Assembly (NCBI RefSeq): GCF_009914755.1
Contig: NC_060937.1
DNA: 64,000 bases
Source: the human T2T-CHM13v2.0 reference genome, Homo sapiens
Reading direction: 5' to 3' (one strand)
A model generated the notes under the pieces. The model was not told where the DNA came from. It did not search any database and saw nothing but the letters and a program-made list of their open reading frames with translations. Position 1 is the first letter of the stretch. Each line of letters opens with the position of its first letter. The translations under genes and the position numbers were made by a program. Below are positions 48,901 through 62,924 of the stretch, piece after piece.

Positions 48901-51900
48901 ATCTTCAAATAAAAACTACAGAGAAGAATTCTCAGAAATTTCTAGGTTCTATTTGCATTCATCTCACAGAGTTGAACCTTTCTTTTGATGGAGGAGTTTT
49001 GAAACACTCCTTTTGTAGATTCTGCAAGTGGATATTTGGTGCGCACTGAAGTCTATTGTCGAAAAGGCAATATCTTCACATAAAAACTACACAGAAGCAT
49101 TCTGAGAAACTTCTTTTTGATGTGTGCATTCATCTCACATAGTTGAACCTTTCTTTTCATTGAGAAGTTTTGAAACACAGTTTTTGTAGGATCTGCAAGT
49201 GGATATTTGGAGAGATTTGAGGTCTACTTTGTAAAAGCAATTATCTTCACATAAAAACTACACAGAAGCATTCTGAGAAAATTTTGTGATGTGTGCATTC
49301 ATCTCACACAGTTGAAACATTATTTTGATTGAGCAGTTTTGAAACACTCTTTCTATAGAATCTGCAAGTGGATATTTTGAGCATTTTGAGGCCTATAGTG
49401 GAAAAGGAAATATCTTCACATAAAAACTACACAGAATCATTCTGAGAAACTACTTTGTGATGTGTGCATTCATCTCACAGAGTTGAATCTATGTTATGGT
49501 TTAGCAGTTTTCAAACACTCTCTTTGTAGAATCTACAAGTGGATCCTTGGAACGATTTGAGGCATATTGTGGAAAAGGAAATATGTTCACATAAAAACTA
49601 CACAAAAGCATTCTGAGAAAGTTCTTTGTGATGTGTGCATTCAACTCACAGAGTCTAATCTGTCTTTTGATTGAGCAGTTTTTAAATACTGTTTTTGTAG
49701 AATCTGCAAGTGGATATTTTGTGGACTTTGAGGCCTATTTTGGAAAAGGAAATAACTTCACATAAAAACTACACAGAAGCATTCTGAGAAACTTCTTTGT
49801 GATGTGTTCATTCAACTCACAAACTTGAACCTATATTTCGATTGAGCAGTTATGGATTTCTCTTTTTCTAGGATTTGGAAGTGGATATTTTGAGTCCTTT
49901 GTGGTTCATGGAGGCAAAGGAAATATCTTCAAATAAAATCTACACAGAAGCATTCTGAGAAACTTCTTTGTGATGTGTGCATTCATCTCACAGAGATGAA
50001 CCTATCTTATGACTGAGCAGCTTTGAAACACTCTCTTTGCAGAATCTTCAGGGGAATATTTGGAGTGCTTTGTGGCCAGTTGGGTAAAAGGAAATAGCTT
50101 CACATAAAACTTACACAGAATTATTCTGAGCAACTACTTTGTGATGTGCGTATTCATCTAACAGAGCTGTATGTTTCTTTTGGTTGAGCAGTTTTGAAAC
50201 ACTGTTTTTATAGAATCTGCAAGTGGATATTTGGAATGCTTTGAGGCCTACTGTGGAAAAACAAATATCTTCACGTAAAAACCACACAGAAGCATTCTGA
50301 GAAACATCTCTGTGATGTGTGAATTCATCCCACAGAGTTGAAAGTTTCTTTTGATTGAGAACTTTTGAAACACACTTTTTGTAGAATCTGCAAGTGGATA
50401 TTTGAAGCCCTTTGCAGCCTATGGAGGAAAAGGAAATATCCTGAAATAAATACTACACAGAAGCATTCTGAGAAACTTCTTTGTGATGTGTGCATTCATC
50501 TCATAGATTGGAACCTATCTTATGATTGAGCAGTTTTGAAACACTCTCTTTGTAGAATCTGCAAGTGGAAACTTGGACGATTTCAACCCTATAGTGGAAA
50601 AGGAAATATCTTCACATAAAAACTTCACAGAAGCATTCTGAGAAACTTCTTTGTGATGTGTGCATTCGTCTCACAGAGATGAATATTTCTTTTGATTGTG
50701 CAGTTTTGAAACACTGTTTTTGTAGAATCTGCAACTGGATATTTGGAGCCCTTTGCGGTCTATATGAAAAAAGGAAATATCTTCAGATAGAAACTACACA
50801 GAAACATTGTGAGAAACTTCTTTGTGATGTGTGCATTCACCTCACAGAGTTGAACTTTTCTTTTGATGGAGAAGTTTTGAAACACTCTTTTTGTAGAAAC
50901 TGCAAGTTGCTATTTGGAGCCCTTTGCGGCATATGGTGAAACAGGGAATACCTTCACATAAAAACTACACAGAAACATTCTGAGAAACTTCTTTGTGATG
51001 TGTGCATTACTCTCACAGAGTTGAACCATTCTTTTGATTGAGCAGGTTTGAAACAATCTCTTTGTAGAATCTGCAAGTGGATACTTGGAATGCTTTGAGG
51101 TCTATTGTGGAAAAGGAAATATCTTCACATAGAAACTACACAGTAGAATTCAGTGAAACTTCTTTGTGATGTGTGCATTCAACTCACAGAGTTGAACATT
51201 TCTTTTGATTGACCAGTTTGGAAACATTCTTTTTGTAGAAACTGCAAGTGGATATGTGGAGCCTTTTGTGGCCTAAGGTGGAAAAGGAAATATCTTCACA
51301 TAAAAACTACACAGAAGCATTCTAACAAACTACCTTGTGATGTGTGCATTCATCTGACAGAGATGAACCTTTATTTTGATTGAGCAGTTTTGAAAAACTC
51401 TTTTGTAGAATCTGCAAGTGGATCTTTGGAGAGCTTTGAGCCTATTGCAAAAAAGAAAATATCTTCACATAAAAACTACACAGAAGGAGTCTGAGATAAT
51501 TTTTGTGATTGTGCATTCATTTCACCTTTCTTTTGACTATGCAGTTTGGAAATACTCTTTTAGGGTGATCTGCAAGTGGATATTTGCAGTGCTAGGAGGC
51601 ATATTGAGGAAAAGGAAATATCTTCCCATAAAAAATACACAGAAGCATTCTGAGAAACTTATTTGTGATGTGTGCATTCAACTCTCGGAGTTGAACCTAT
51701 CTTTTGATAAGCAGTATTGAAACACTTTTTTTTTTGGAATCTGCAGGTGGATATTTGGAGCGCTTTGAGGCCTATGGTGTAAAAGGAAATATCTTCACAT
51801 AAAAACTACACAGAAGCATTCAAAGAAACTTCTTTGTGATGTGAGCATTCAACTCACAGAGTTGAACTTAACTTTTTATTGAGGAGCTTTGAAAATCTCT

Positions 51901-54290
51901 TTTTGTAGAATCTGCAAGTGGATATTTAGAGCCCCTTGCTGCCTGTGGTGGAAAAAGAAATATCTTCACATAAAAACTTCACAGAAGCATTCTGAAAAAA
52001 ACTTCTTGGTGATGTGTGCATTCATATCACAGAGTTCAATATTTCTTTTGATTGAGCTGTTTTGAAACACTATTTTTGTAGAATCTGCAAGTGGATATTT
52101 GGAGCACTTTGAGGCCTATTGTAGAAAAGGAAATATCTTCACATGAAAACAACACAGAAACATTCTGACAAATTTCTTTGTGATGTGTGCGTTCATCTCA
52201 CAGAGTTGAACTTTTCTTTTGATTGAGCAGTTTTCAAACACTGTTTTTGTAGTATCTCTAAGTGGATATTTTGAGCGCATTGGGGTCTATGGTGGAAAAG
52301 GATATATCTTCACATAAAATCTACACAGAAGCATTCTGAGAAACTTCTTTCTGACGTGTGTATTCAAACCACAGATTTGAACCTATCTTTTGATTGTACA
52401 GTTTTCAAACTCTCTTTTTGTAGAATCTGCAAGTGGATATTTGGAACCTTTTTTGGCCTCTGGTGGAAAAGGAAATAACTTCACATAAAAACTACACAGA
52501 AGCATTCTGAGAAACTTCATTGTCATGTGTGGATTCATCTCAGAGTGTTGAACCTTTCTTTTCACTGAGCACTTTTGAAACAGTCTTTTTGTAGAATCTG
52601 CAAGTGGATATTTGGAGCCCCTTGAGTCCTACTGTGGAAAAGAAAATATCTTTACATAAAAACATCACAGATGCATTCTGAGAAACTACTTTGCAAGGTG
52701 CGCATTCATCTCACATAGTTCAACTTTCTTTTGATTGAGCAATTTTGAAACACACTTTTTGTAGAATCTGCAACTAGATATTTGGAGTGCATTGAGGCCT
52801 ATGGTGGAAAAGGAAATATCTTCACTTAAAGCTACACAGAAGCATTCTGAAAAACTTCTTTGTGAAATGTTCGTTCAACACACTGTGGTGAACATTTCTT
52901 TTCATTGAGCAGTTTTGAAAACCACTATTTGTAGAATCTGCAAGTGGATATTTGTAGTGCTTAGAGGCCTATTGTGGAAAAGGAAATATCTTCACATAAA
53001 AATTACACAGAAGCATTCTGAGAAACTTGTTTGTGATGAGTGCATTCAGCTCACAGAGTTGAACCTATCTTTTGATAGAGCAATTTTGAAACTCTCTTTT
53101 TGTAGAATCTGCAAGTGGATATTTGGAGCCCTTTGTGGCCTATGGTGGAAAAGGAAATATCTTCACATAAAAACTACACAGAAGCATTCTGAGAAATGTC
53201 TTTTTAAGTGTTCATTCATGTCACAGAGCGCTTTGAGGCCCATTGTGGAAAAGGATATATCTTCACATAAAAACTACACAGAAGCATTCTGAGAAACTTC
53301 TGTGTTATATGTGCATTCATCTCCCAGAGTTGTAACTTTCTTTTGATTGAGCAGTTTGGAAACACTCTTTTAGTAAAATCTACAAGTGGATACTTGGAGC
53401 GCTTTGAGGCATATTGTAGAAATGGAAATATCTTCACATAACAACTAAACAGAAGCATTCTGAGAAACTTCTTTGAGATGTGTGCATTTAACTCAGAGTT
53501 GTATCTATCTTTTGATAGAGGAGTTTTGAAACTCTCTTTATGTAGAATCTGTAAGGGAATATTTGGAGCCCTTTGTGGCCTATGGTGTAAAAGGAAATAC
53601 CTTCACATAAAAACTACACAGAAGCATTCTGAGAAACTTCTTTGTGTTGTGTGCATTCATCTCAAAGAGATGAACCTTTAATTCGATTGAACAGTTTTGA
53701 AACACTCTTTTTGTAGAATCTGCAAGTGGATATTTGGAACGCTTTGGAGAGAATGGTGGAAATGGATATATCTTCATATAAAAACTATGGAAAAGCATTC
53801 TGAGAAACGACTTTGTGATGTGTGTATTCAAATCACAGCGTTGAACCATTCTTTTGATTGTGCAGTTTTGAAACTCTTTTTGTGGAATCTGCAAGTAGAT
53901 ACTCGGAGGTCTTTGCGGAGTATTGTGGAAAAGGAAATAACTTTGCATAAAAGCTACACAGACACATTCTGGGAAACTTCTTTGTGATGTGTGCATTCAA
54001 CTCACAGAGTTGAACCTTTCTTTTGATTGAGCAGTTTTGAAACACACTTTTTGTTGAATCTGCAAGTGGATATTTGGAGAGGTTTGGGACTTATGGTGGA
54101 AAAGTAAATATCTTCACATAAAAACTGCACAGAGGTATTCTGAGAAACTTCCCTCTGATGTTCACATTCAGCTCACTGAATTGGACCTTTCCTTTGATTG
54201 AGCAGTTTTGAAACACTCTTTTGTAGAATCTGCAATTGGATATTTGAAGCGCTTTCCAGCCTCGAGTGGAAAAGGAAATATCTTCACATA
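42945..54290 (+). repeat. Alpha satellite, forward, layer type 2 (continuation)
   Basis: ~171-bp units with ACTACACAGAAGCATTCTG; the monomer register resumes at the L1 TSD. Confidence 0.95.
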
Positions 54291-57200
54291 AAAACTAGAC
54301 AGAAATATTCTGCGAAACTTCTTTGTGATGTGTGCATTCTTCTCACAGAGTTGAACTTTTCTTTTGATTGAGCAGTTTTGAAACACTCTTTTTGTAGAAT
54401 CTGCAAGTGGATATTTGGAGCACTTCCAGTCCTACGGTGTTAAAGGAAATATCTTCACATCAAAACTAGACAGAAGCACTCTGAGAAACTTCTTTGTGAT
54501 GTGTACATTCAACTCACAGGTTTGAACCTTTCTTTTGATTAAGCAGTTTTGAAACACACTTTTTGTAGAATCTGAAGGTGGATATTGGGAGCACTTTGGG
54601 GCCTATGGTGTAAAAGAAAATATCTTCAAATAAAAACTGGACAGAATCATTCTGAGAAACAACTTTGTGATGTGTGCATTCATCTCACTGAGTTGAACGT
54701 TTCTTTTGATTGAGTAGTTTTGAAACGCACATTTGTAGACTCTACCAGGGGATATTTGGAGTACTTTGGGGTCTACGGTGGAAAAGGAAATATCTTCACC
54801 TAAAAACTAGACGGAAGCATTGTGAGAAGCTTCTTTGTGATGTGTGCATTCAACTAACACAGTTGAACCTTTCTTTTGATTGAGCAGTTTTGAAACACTC
54901 TTTTTGAAGAATCTGCAAGTGGATATTTGGAGCGCTTTGCGGCCTATTGTGGAAAAGGATATATCTTCAAATAAAAACTAGACAGAAGCACTTTGAGAAA
55001 CTTCTTTATGAGATGTGCATTCATCTCGCAGACTTGAACCTTTCTTTCGATTGAGCAGTTTTGAAACACTATTTTTGTAGAATCTGCAAGGGATATTTGA
55101 AGAGATTTGAGGCCTAATGTGGAAAAGGAAATATCTTCACATGAAAACTAGACAGAAGCATTCTGAGAATCTTCTTTGTGATGTGTGCATTCATCTTACA
55201 GAGCTGAAACTTTCTTTTGATTCAGCAGTTTTGAAATACTCTGTTTATGGAATCTGCTTGTGGATTTTTGGAGCGATTTGAGTCACGTTGTGGAAAAGGA
55301 AATATTGTCATATGAAAACTAGAAAGAAGCATTCTGAGAAAATTATTTGTGATGTGTGCATTCAACTCACAGAGTTGAAAGTTTCTTTTGATTGAGCAGT
55401 TTGGAAACACTGTTTTTGCAGAATCTGCAAGTTGATATTTGTAGCGCTTGGTGGCCTATATTGGAAAAGGAAATATCTTCACATATATACAAGACGGAAG
55501 CATTCAGGGAAACTACTTTGTGATGTGCATTCAATTCAAAGAGCTGAACATTTACCCTGATTGAGCTGCTTGGAAAGCATCTTTCTGTAGTATCTGCAAT
55601 TGGACATTTTGAGCGCTTTGAGGCCTATGGTGGAAAAGGAAATATCTTCACATAAAAACTAGACAGAAGCATTCTGAGAAAATTCTTTGTGATGTGTGCA
55701 TTCAACTCACAGAGTTGAACCTTTCTTTTGATCGAGCAGTTTGGAAGCAGTCTTTTTGTAATATCTACCAGTGGATATTTGGATCACTTTACATCATGGA
55801 TTGGAAAAGGAAACATCTTCACATAAAAACTAGACAAAAGCATACTGAGAAACTTCTTTGTGATGTGTCCATTCATCTCGTAGAGTTAAATCTTTCTTTT
55901 GATAGAGCAGGTTTGAAACACTCTTTTTGTAGGTTCTGCAAGTGTATATTTGGAGTGCTCTGTGGCCGATAGTGGAAAAGGAAATATCTTCACATAAAAA
56001 AATACACAGAAGCACTCTGAGAAACTTCTCGGTGTTGTGTGCAGTCATATCACAGACTTGAAACTTTCTTTGATACAGCAGTTTCAAAACGCTCTTTTTG
56101 GAGATTCTGAAAGTAGATATTTGGAGAGACTTGGGGCCTATGGTGGAAAAGGAAATATCTTCACATAAAAACTAGACAGAAGCATTCTGAGAAGCTTCTT
56201 TGTGATATGTGCATCCATCTCAAAGAGTTGAACCTTTCTTTTGATTGAGCATTTTTGAAGCACTCTTTTTGTAGAATCTTCAAGTGGATATTTGGAATGC
56301 TTTGTGGCCTGTGGTGGAAAAGGAAATATCTTCACATAAAAACTAGACAGAAGCATTCTGAGAAACTTATTTGTGATGTGCTCATTCAACTCACAGATTT
56401 AAACTTTTCTTTTGATTGAGCAGTTTGGAAACAGTCTTTTTGTAGTACCTGCAAATGGATATTTGGAGTGCTTTGGGGCCTGTGGTGGAAAAGGAAATAT
56501 ATACACACAAAAACTAGACAGAAATATTATGAGAAACTGCTCTGTGATGCGTGCATTCATCACCAGGGTTGAACCTTTCTTTTGATTGAACAGTTTTGAA
56601 ACACTCTTTCTGTAGAATCTGAAGGGGATATTTGGAACGCCTTGCGGCCTATGGTGAAAAACGAAATATCTTCACATAAAAACTAGACAGAAGCATTCTG
56701 AGAAAGTGCTTTGTGAGGTGTACATTCATCTCACAGAGTTAAACCTTTCTTTTGATTGAGCAGTTTTGAAACACTCTTATTGTACAATCTGCAAGTGGAT
56801 ATTTGGAGAGTTTGAGGCCACTGGTGGAAAAGCAAATATCTTCACATAAAAACTAGACAGAACCATTCTGAGAAATCTCTTTGAGATGCGTGCATTCAAC
56901 TCACAGAGTTGGACCTTTCCTTTGATTGAGCAGTTTGGAAACAGTCTTTTTGCAGTATATGCAAATGGATATTTGGAGCACTTTCAGGCCTATAGTAGGA
57001 AAGGAAATATCTTCACATAAAAACTAGACAGAAAATTACTGAGAAATTTCTCAGTGATGTGTGCATTCATCTCACAGAGTTGAAACTTTCTTTTGATTGA
57101 GCAGTTTGGAAACACTCTTTTAGTAGAAACTGCAAGGGGATATTTGGAGCACTTTGTGGTCTTTGGTAGAAAAGGATATATCTTCACATTAAAAATAGAC

Positions 57201-57786
57201 AGAAGCATTCTGAGGAACTTCTTCATGATGTGTGCATTCATCTCAGAGAGTTGAACTTTTCTTTTGATTGAGCAGCTTTGAAAAACTCTTTCTGCAGAAT
57301 CTGCAAGTTGATATTTGGAGTGCTTTGGGGCCTATAGTAGAAAAGGAAATATCTTCACATAAAACTAGACAGAAGCATTCTGAGAAACTTCTTTGTGATG
57401 TGTGCATTAATGTCACAGAGTTGAACCTTTCTTTTGTTTGAGCAGTTTTGAAACTCTCTTTTTGTAGAATCTTCAAGTGAATATTTTTAGCACTTTGAGG
57501 CCTGTGGTGGAAAAGAAAACATCTTCACATAAAAACTAGTCAGAAGCTTTCTGAGAAACTTCTTTGTGATGTGTGCATTCAACTCATGGAGTTGAACCTT
57601 TCCTTTGATTCAGCAGTTTGGAAACAGTCTTTTTGTAGTATCTGCAAATGGATATTTGGAGAGCTTTGAGGCCTATGGTGGAAAAGAAAATATCTTCACA
57701 TAAAAACTAGACAGAAGCATTCTCAGAAACTTCTTTGTGATGTGTGCATTCATCTCACAGAGCTCACAGAGTTGAACCCTTGTTTT

Positions 57787-58202
57787 TTTTTTTTTTATTG
57801 TACTTTAAGTTTTAGGGTACATGTGCACATTGTGCAGGTAAGTTACATATGTATACATGTGCCATGCTGGTGCACTGCACCCACTAACGTGTCATCTAGC
57901 ATTAGGTATATCTCCCAATGCTATCCCTCCCACCTCCCCCGACCCCACCACAGTCCCCAGAGTGTGATATTCCCCTTCCTGTGTCCATGTGATCTCATTG
58001 TTCAATTCCCACCTATGAGTGAGAATATGCGGTGTTTGGTTTTTTGTTCTTGCGATAGTTTACTGAGAATGATGGTTTCCAATTTCATCCATGTCCCTAC
58101 AAAGGACATGAACTCATCATTTTTTATGGCTGCATAGTATTCCATGGTGTATATGTGCCACATTTTCTTAATCCAGTCTATCATTGTTGGACATTTGGGT
58201 TG
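57787..58202 (-). mobile_element. 5'-truncated L1HS-like element (ACG diagnostic), ~416 bp, 14-bp TSD
   Basis: Poly(T) at the left end. The minus strand reads GCATTGGGAGATATACCTAATGCTAGATGACACGTTAGTGGG and encodes the ORF2 end SQEQKTKHRIFSLIGGN. TSD TGAACCCTTGTTTT at 57773-57786 and 58203-58216. Confidence 0.95.
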
Positions 58203-59839
58203 TGAACCCTTGTTTTGATTGAGCAGTGTTGAAACACTTTTTATAGAATCAGCAAGTGGATATTTGTTGCACTTTGAGACCTATGGTGGAAAAGGAAATA
58301 TCTTCACAGAAAAACCACAAAGAAGAATTCTGAGAAACACCTTTGCGGTGTGTGGTTTCATCTCTCATATTTGAACCTTTCTCTTTATTGAGCAGTTTGG
58401 AAACAATCTTTTTGTAGTATCTGCAAATGAATTTTTGGAGCTCTTTGAGGCCTGTGGTGAAAAATGAAGTATCCTCACATAAAAACCAGACAGAAGGATT
58501 CCTAGAAAGTGCTTTGTGATGTGTGCATTAATCTCACAGATTTGAAACTTTATTTTGATTGAGGAATTTTGAAACACTCTTTATGTAGAATCTGCAAGTG
58601 GATATTTGGAGCGCTTTGAGGCCTATGGTGGAATAGGAAATATCTTCACATTAAAACAGGACAGAAGCATTCTGAGAAACTTCTTTGTGTTGTGTGCATT
58701 CATTTCACAGAGTTGAACCATTCCTTTGATTGAGCAGTTTGCCAACTGTCATTTTGTAGAATCTACAGAGGGATATTTGTGAACCCATTAATGCCTATGG
58801 GGTGATAGGAAAGATCTTCATATAAAAACTAGAGAGAAACTTTCTGAGAAACTTCTTTGTGATGTGTGCATTCATCTCACAGAGTTGAACTTTTCTTTTG
58901 ATTGAGCAGTTTGGAAACAGTCTTTTTTGGAATCTGCAAACAGATATTTTTTTTTGCTTTGAGGCCTATGGTGGAAAAGGAAATATCTTCACATAAAAAC
59001 TAGACAGAAGCATTCTGAGAAACTTCTTTGTGATGTGTGCACTCATCTCACAGACTTGAAGCTTTCTTTTGATTAAGCAGTTTTGAAAAACTCTTTTTGT
59101 AGAATCTGCAAGTCGATATTTGGAGCGTTTTGTGTCCTATATTGGAAAAGGTAATATCTTCACATAGAAACTTGACAGAAGCATTCTGAGAAACTTCTTT
59201 GTGATATGTGCATTCATCTCACAGGATTTAACTTTCTTTTGATTGAGCAGTTTGGAGCCCATCGTTTTGTAGGATCTGTGAAGGGGTATTTTTGTTCCCA
59301 TTGAGGCTTATGGGGTAATAGGAAATATCTTCACATAAAAACTAAACAGAAAAATTCTGAGAAAATTCTTTGTGATATGTGCTTTCATCTCACAGAGTTG
59401 AAATTTTGTTTTGATTGGGCAGTTTGGAATCCGTCTTTTTGTAGAATCTGCAAGTGGATATTTGGAGGGCTTTGAGACCTATGGTGAAAAAGGAAATATC
59501 TTCACATTAAAAATATACAGAAGCATTCTGAGAAACTTCTTTGTCTTGTGTGCATTAATTTCGCAGAGTTGAACCTTTGTATTGATTGAGCAGTTTGGAA
59601 ACGGTAGTTTTGTAGAATCTGTAGAGGGATATTTTTCAGCCTACTGAGGCCTCTGAGGAAATAGAGAATATCTTCAGATAAGAACCAGACAGAAGCATTC
59701 TGAGAAACTTCCTTCTGGTGTGTGCATTCATTTCACAGAGTTGAACCTTTCTTTTGATTGAGCAGTTTGGAAACAGTGTTTCTGTAGTAACTGCAAATGG
59801 ATATTTGGAGTGCTTTGAGGCATACGTTTAAAAAGGAAA

Positions 59840-60717
59840 AAAAACAAACCAACAACCCCTTCAAAAAGTGGGCGAAGGACATGAACATACACTTCTCAAA
59901 AGAATATGTTTATGCAGCCAAAAAACACATGAAAAAATGCCCACCATCACTGGCCATCAGAGAAATGCAAATCAAAACCACAAGGAGATACCGTCACACA
60001 CCAATTAGAATGGCAATCATTAAAAAGTCAGGAAACAACAGGTGCTGGAGAGGATGTGGAGAAATAGGAACACTTTTACTCAGCGGGTGGCACTGTAAAC
60101 TAGTACAACCATTGTAGAAGTCCGTGTGGTGATTCCTCAGGGATCTAGAACTAGAAATACCATTTGACCCAGCCATCCCATTGCTGGGTATATAACCAAA
60201 GGACTATAAATCATGCTGCTATAAAGACACATGCACACATATGTTTATTGCGGCACTAGTCACAACAGCAAAGAGTTGGAACCAACCCAAATGTCCAACA
60301 ATGATAGACTTGATTAAGAAAATATGGCACATATACACCATGGAATACTATGCAGCCATAAAAATGATGAGTTCATGTCCTTTGTAGGGACATGGATGAA
60401 ATTGGAAATCATCATTCTCAGTAAAATATCGCAAGAACAAAAGACCAAACACTGCGTATTCTCACTCATAAGTGGGAATTGAACAATGAGAACACATGGA
60501 CACAGGAAGGGGAACGTCATACTCTGGGGACTGTTGTGGGGTGGGGTGAGGGGGCAGGGATAGCATTAGGAGATATACCTAATGCTAAATGACGAGTTAA
60601 TCGGTGCAGCACACCAGCGTGGTACATGTATACATATGTAACTAACATGCACATTGTGCACATGTACCCTAAAACTTAAAGTATAATAATAATAAAATAA
60701 TAAATAAATAAATAGAT
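59840..60717 (+). mobile_element. 5'-truncated L1PA3-like element, ~880 bp, 10-bp TSD
   Basis: ORF2 C-terminus ([23 protein letters not shown]), 3'UTR GCTAAATGACGAGTTAAT and an (AAAT)n tail. TSD AAAAAGGAAA at 59830-59839 and 60718-60727, at a TTT/AAAAA site. Confidence 0.95.
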
Positions 60718-62924
60718 AAAAAGGAAATATATTCACATAAAAACTTGACAGAAGCATTCTGAGGAACTTCTTTGTCATGTGTGCATTCATTTCACAGAGT
60801 TGAAACTTTCTTTTGATTGAGCAGTTTTGAAACACTCTTTTTTCAGAATCTGCAACTGGATATTTGGAGAACGTTGAGGCCTATGGTGGAAAAGGAAATA
60901 TCTTCACAAAAAATCAGACACAACCATTCAGAGAAACTTCTTTGTGATGTGTGCATTCAACTCCCTGTGTTGAAGTTTTCTTTTGATTGAGTAGTTTTAA
61001 CAAACTCTTTTTGTAGTATCAGAAACTGGATATTTGTAGCGTTTTGAGGCCTATAGAGGAAAAGGAAATATCTTCACATAAAACCCAGAAAGAAGCATTC
61101 TGAGAGAATTCTCTTCGATTTCAGCATTCATCTCACAGAGTTGAACTTTTCTTTTTTGAGAAGTATTTAATCACTCTTTTTGTAGAATCTGCAAGGGGAT
61201 ATATGGAGCACTTTGAGGCCTTTTGTGGAAAAGGTAATATCTTCACATAAAAATCAGACACAAGCATTCTGAGTAACTTCTTTGTGATGTGTGCATTCAA
61301 CTACCTGTGTTGAAACTTTCTTTTGATTGAGCAGTTTTAACGCACTCTTTTTGTAGAATCTGCAAGTGGATATTTGGAGCACTTTGATGCCTATGATGGA
61401 AAAGGAAATATCTTCACATAAAAGCTAGACAGAAGCATTCTGAGAATGTTCTTTGTGATGTATGCATTCATCTCACTGAGCTGAATCTTTCTTTTTTGAG
61501 AAGTATTTAAACACTCTTTTTGTAGAATCTGCAAGTGGATACTTGGAGTGCTTTGAGGCCTTTGGTGGAAAAAGAAATATCTTCACATAAAAACTAGACA
61601 GAAGCATTCTGAGAAACCTCTTTGTGATGTGTACATTCATCTCACAGAGTTGAGCCTTTATTTTGATTTAGCAGTTTGGAAACACTCTTTTTGTAGGATC
61701 TGCAAGTGGATATTTGGAGTGATTTGAGGCCTATAGTGGAAAAGGAAATAACTTCATGTGAAAAGTAGACAGAAGCATTCTGAAAAACTTCTTAGTGATG
61801 TGTGCATTCATCTCACAAAGTTAAACCTATCTTATGATTGAGCAGTTTTGAAACACTCTTTTTGTGGAATCTTCAATTGGATATTTGGAGTGCTTAGATG
61901 CCTGTGTTGGAAAAGGAAATATCTTCACGTAAAAACAAGCAAGGAGAATTCTGAGAAAGTTTTCTTTGTGATTTGTGCATTCATCTCACAGAGCTGAAAT
62001 TTTCTTTTGATTGAGCAGTTTGGACACAGTCTTTTTCTCGCCTGCAAAAGGATATTTAGGGTACTTTGAGGCCTATGGTGGAAAAGGACATGTCTTCCCA
62101 TAAAAACTAGACAGCAGCATTTTGAGAAACTTCTTTGTGATGTGTGGATTCATCTCACAGAGTTGAACTTTTCTTTTGATTGAGCAGTTTTGAAACACTC
62201 TTTTTGTACAATCTGCAAGTGGATATTTGGAGCGCTTTGAGGTCATTGGTGGAAAAGGACATATCTTCCAATAAAAACTAGACAGAAGTATTCTGAGAAA
62301 CATTTTGTGATGTGTGCATTCATCTCACAGAGTTGAACCTTTCTTTTTATTGAGCAGTTTGGAAACTGTATTTTTGTAGAATCTGCAAGTGGATATTTGG
62401 AGCACTTTGAGGTCCATGGTGGAAAAGGACATATCTTCCCATAAAAACTAGACAGCAGCATTTTGAGAAACTTCTTTGTGATGTGTGGATTCATCTCACA
62501 GAGTTGAAGCTTTCTTTTGATTGAGTAGTATTGAAACACTCTTGTGGAATCTCCAATTAGATACTTGGAGCGCTTTGAGGCCTATGGTGGAAAAGGAAAT
62601 ATCTTCACATGAAAACTACACAGAAGCATTCTGAGAAATTTGTTTGTGATGTGTTCATTCAACACACAGAGTTGAATCTTTCTTTTGATTGAGCAGTTTT
62701 GAAACACACTTTTTTAGGATCTACAAGTGGATATTTGGAGCGCTTTGTGGCCTATTGTGGAAAAGGATATATCTTCACATAAAAAGTATGGAGAAGCATT
62801 CTGAGAAACTTCTTTGTGATGTGTGCATTCATCTCACAGAGTTCAACCTTTCTTTTGATTGAGCAGTTTTGAAACGCTCTTTTTGTAGAGTGTGCAAGCG
62901 GATATTTGGAGCTCTTTGAGGCTT

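Noticed and set aside
50925-50950. Possible CENP-B box (GGTGAAACAGGGA; also CTCTGTTGGAAAAGG at ~63094 and ~63434)
   Set aside because: These lack the required TTCG....A..CGGG core. I saw no intact CENP-B box in the window, though this was by eye.
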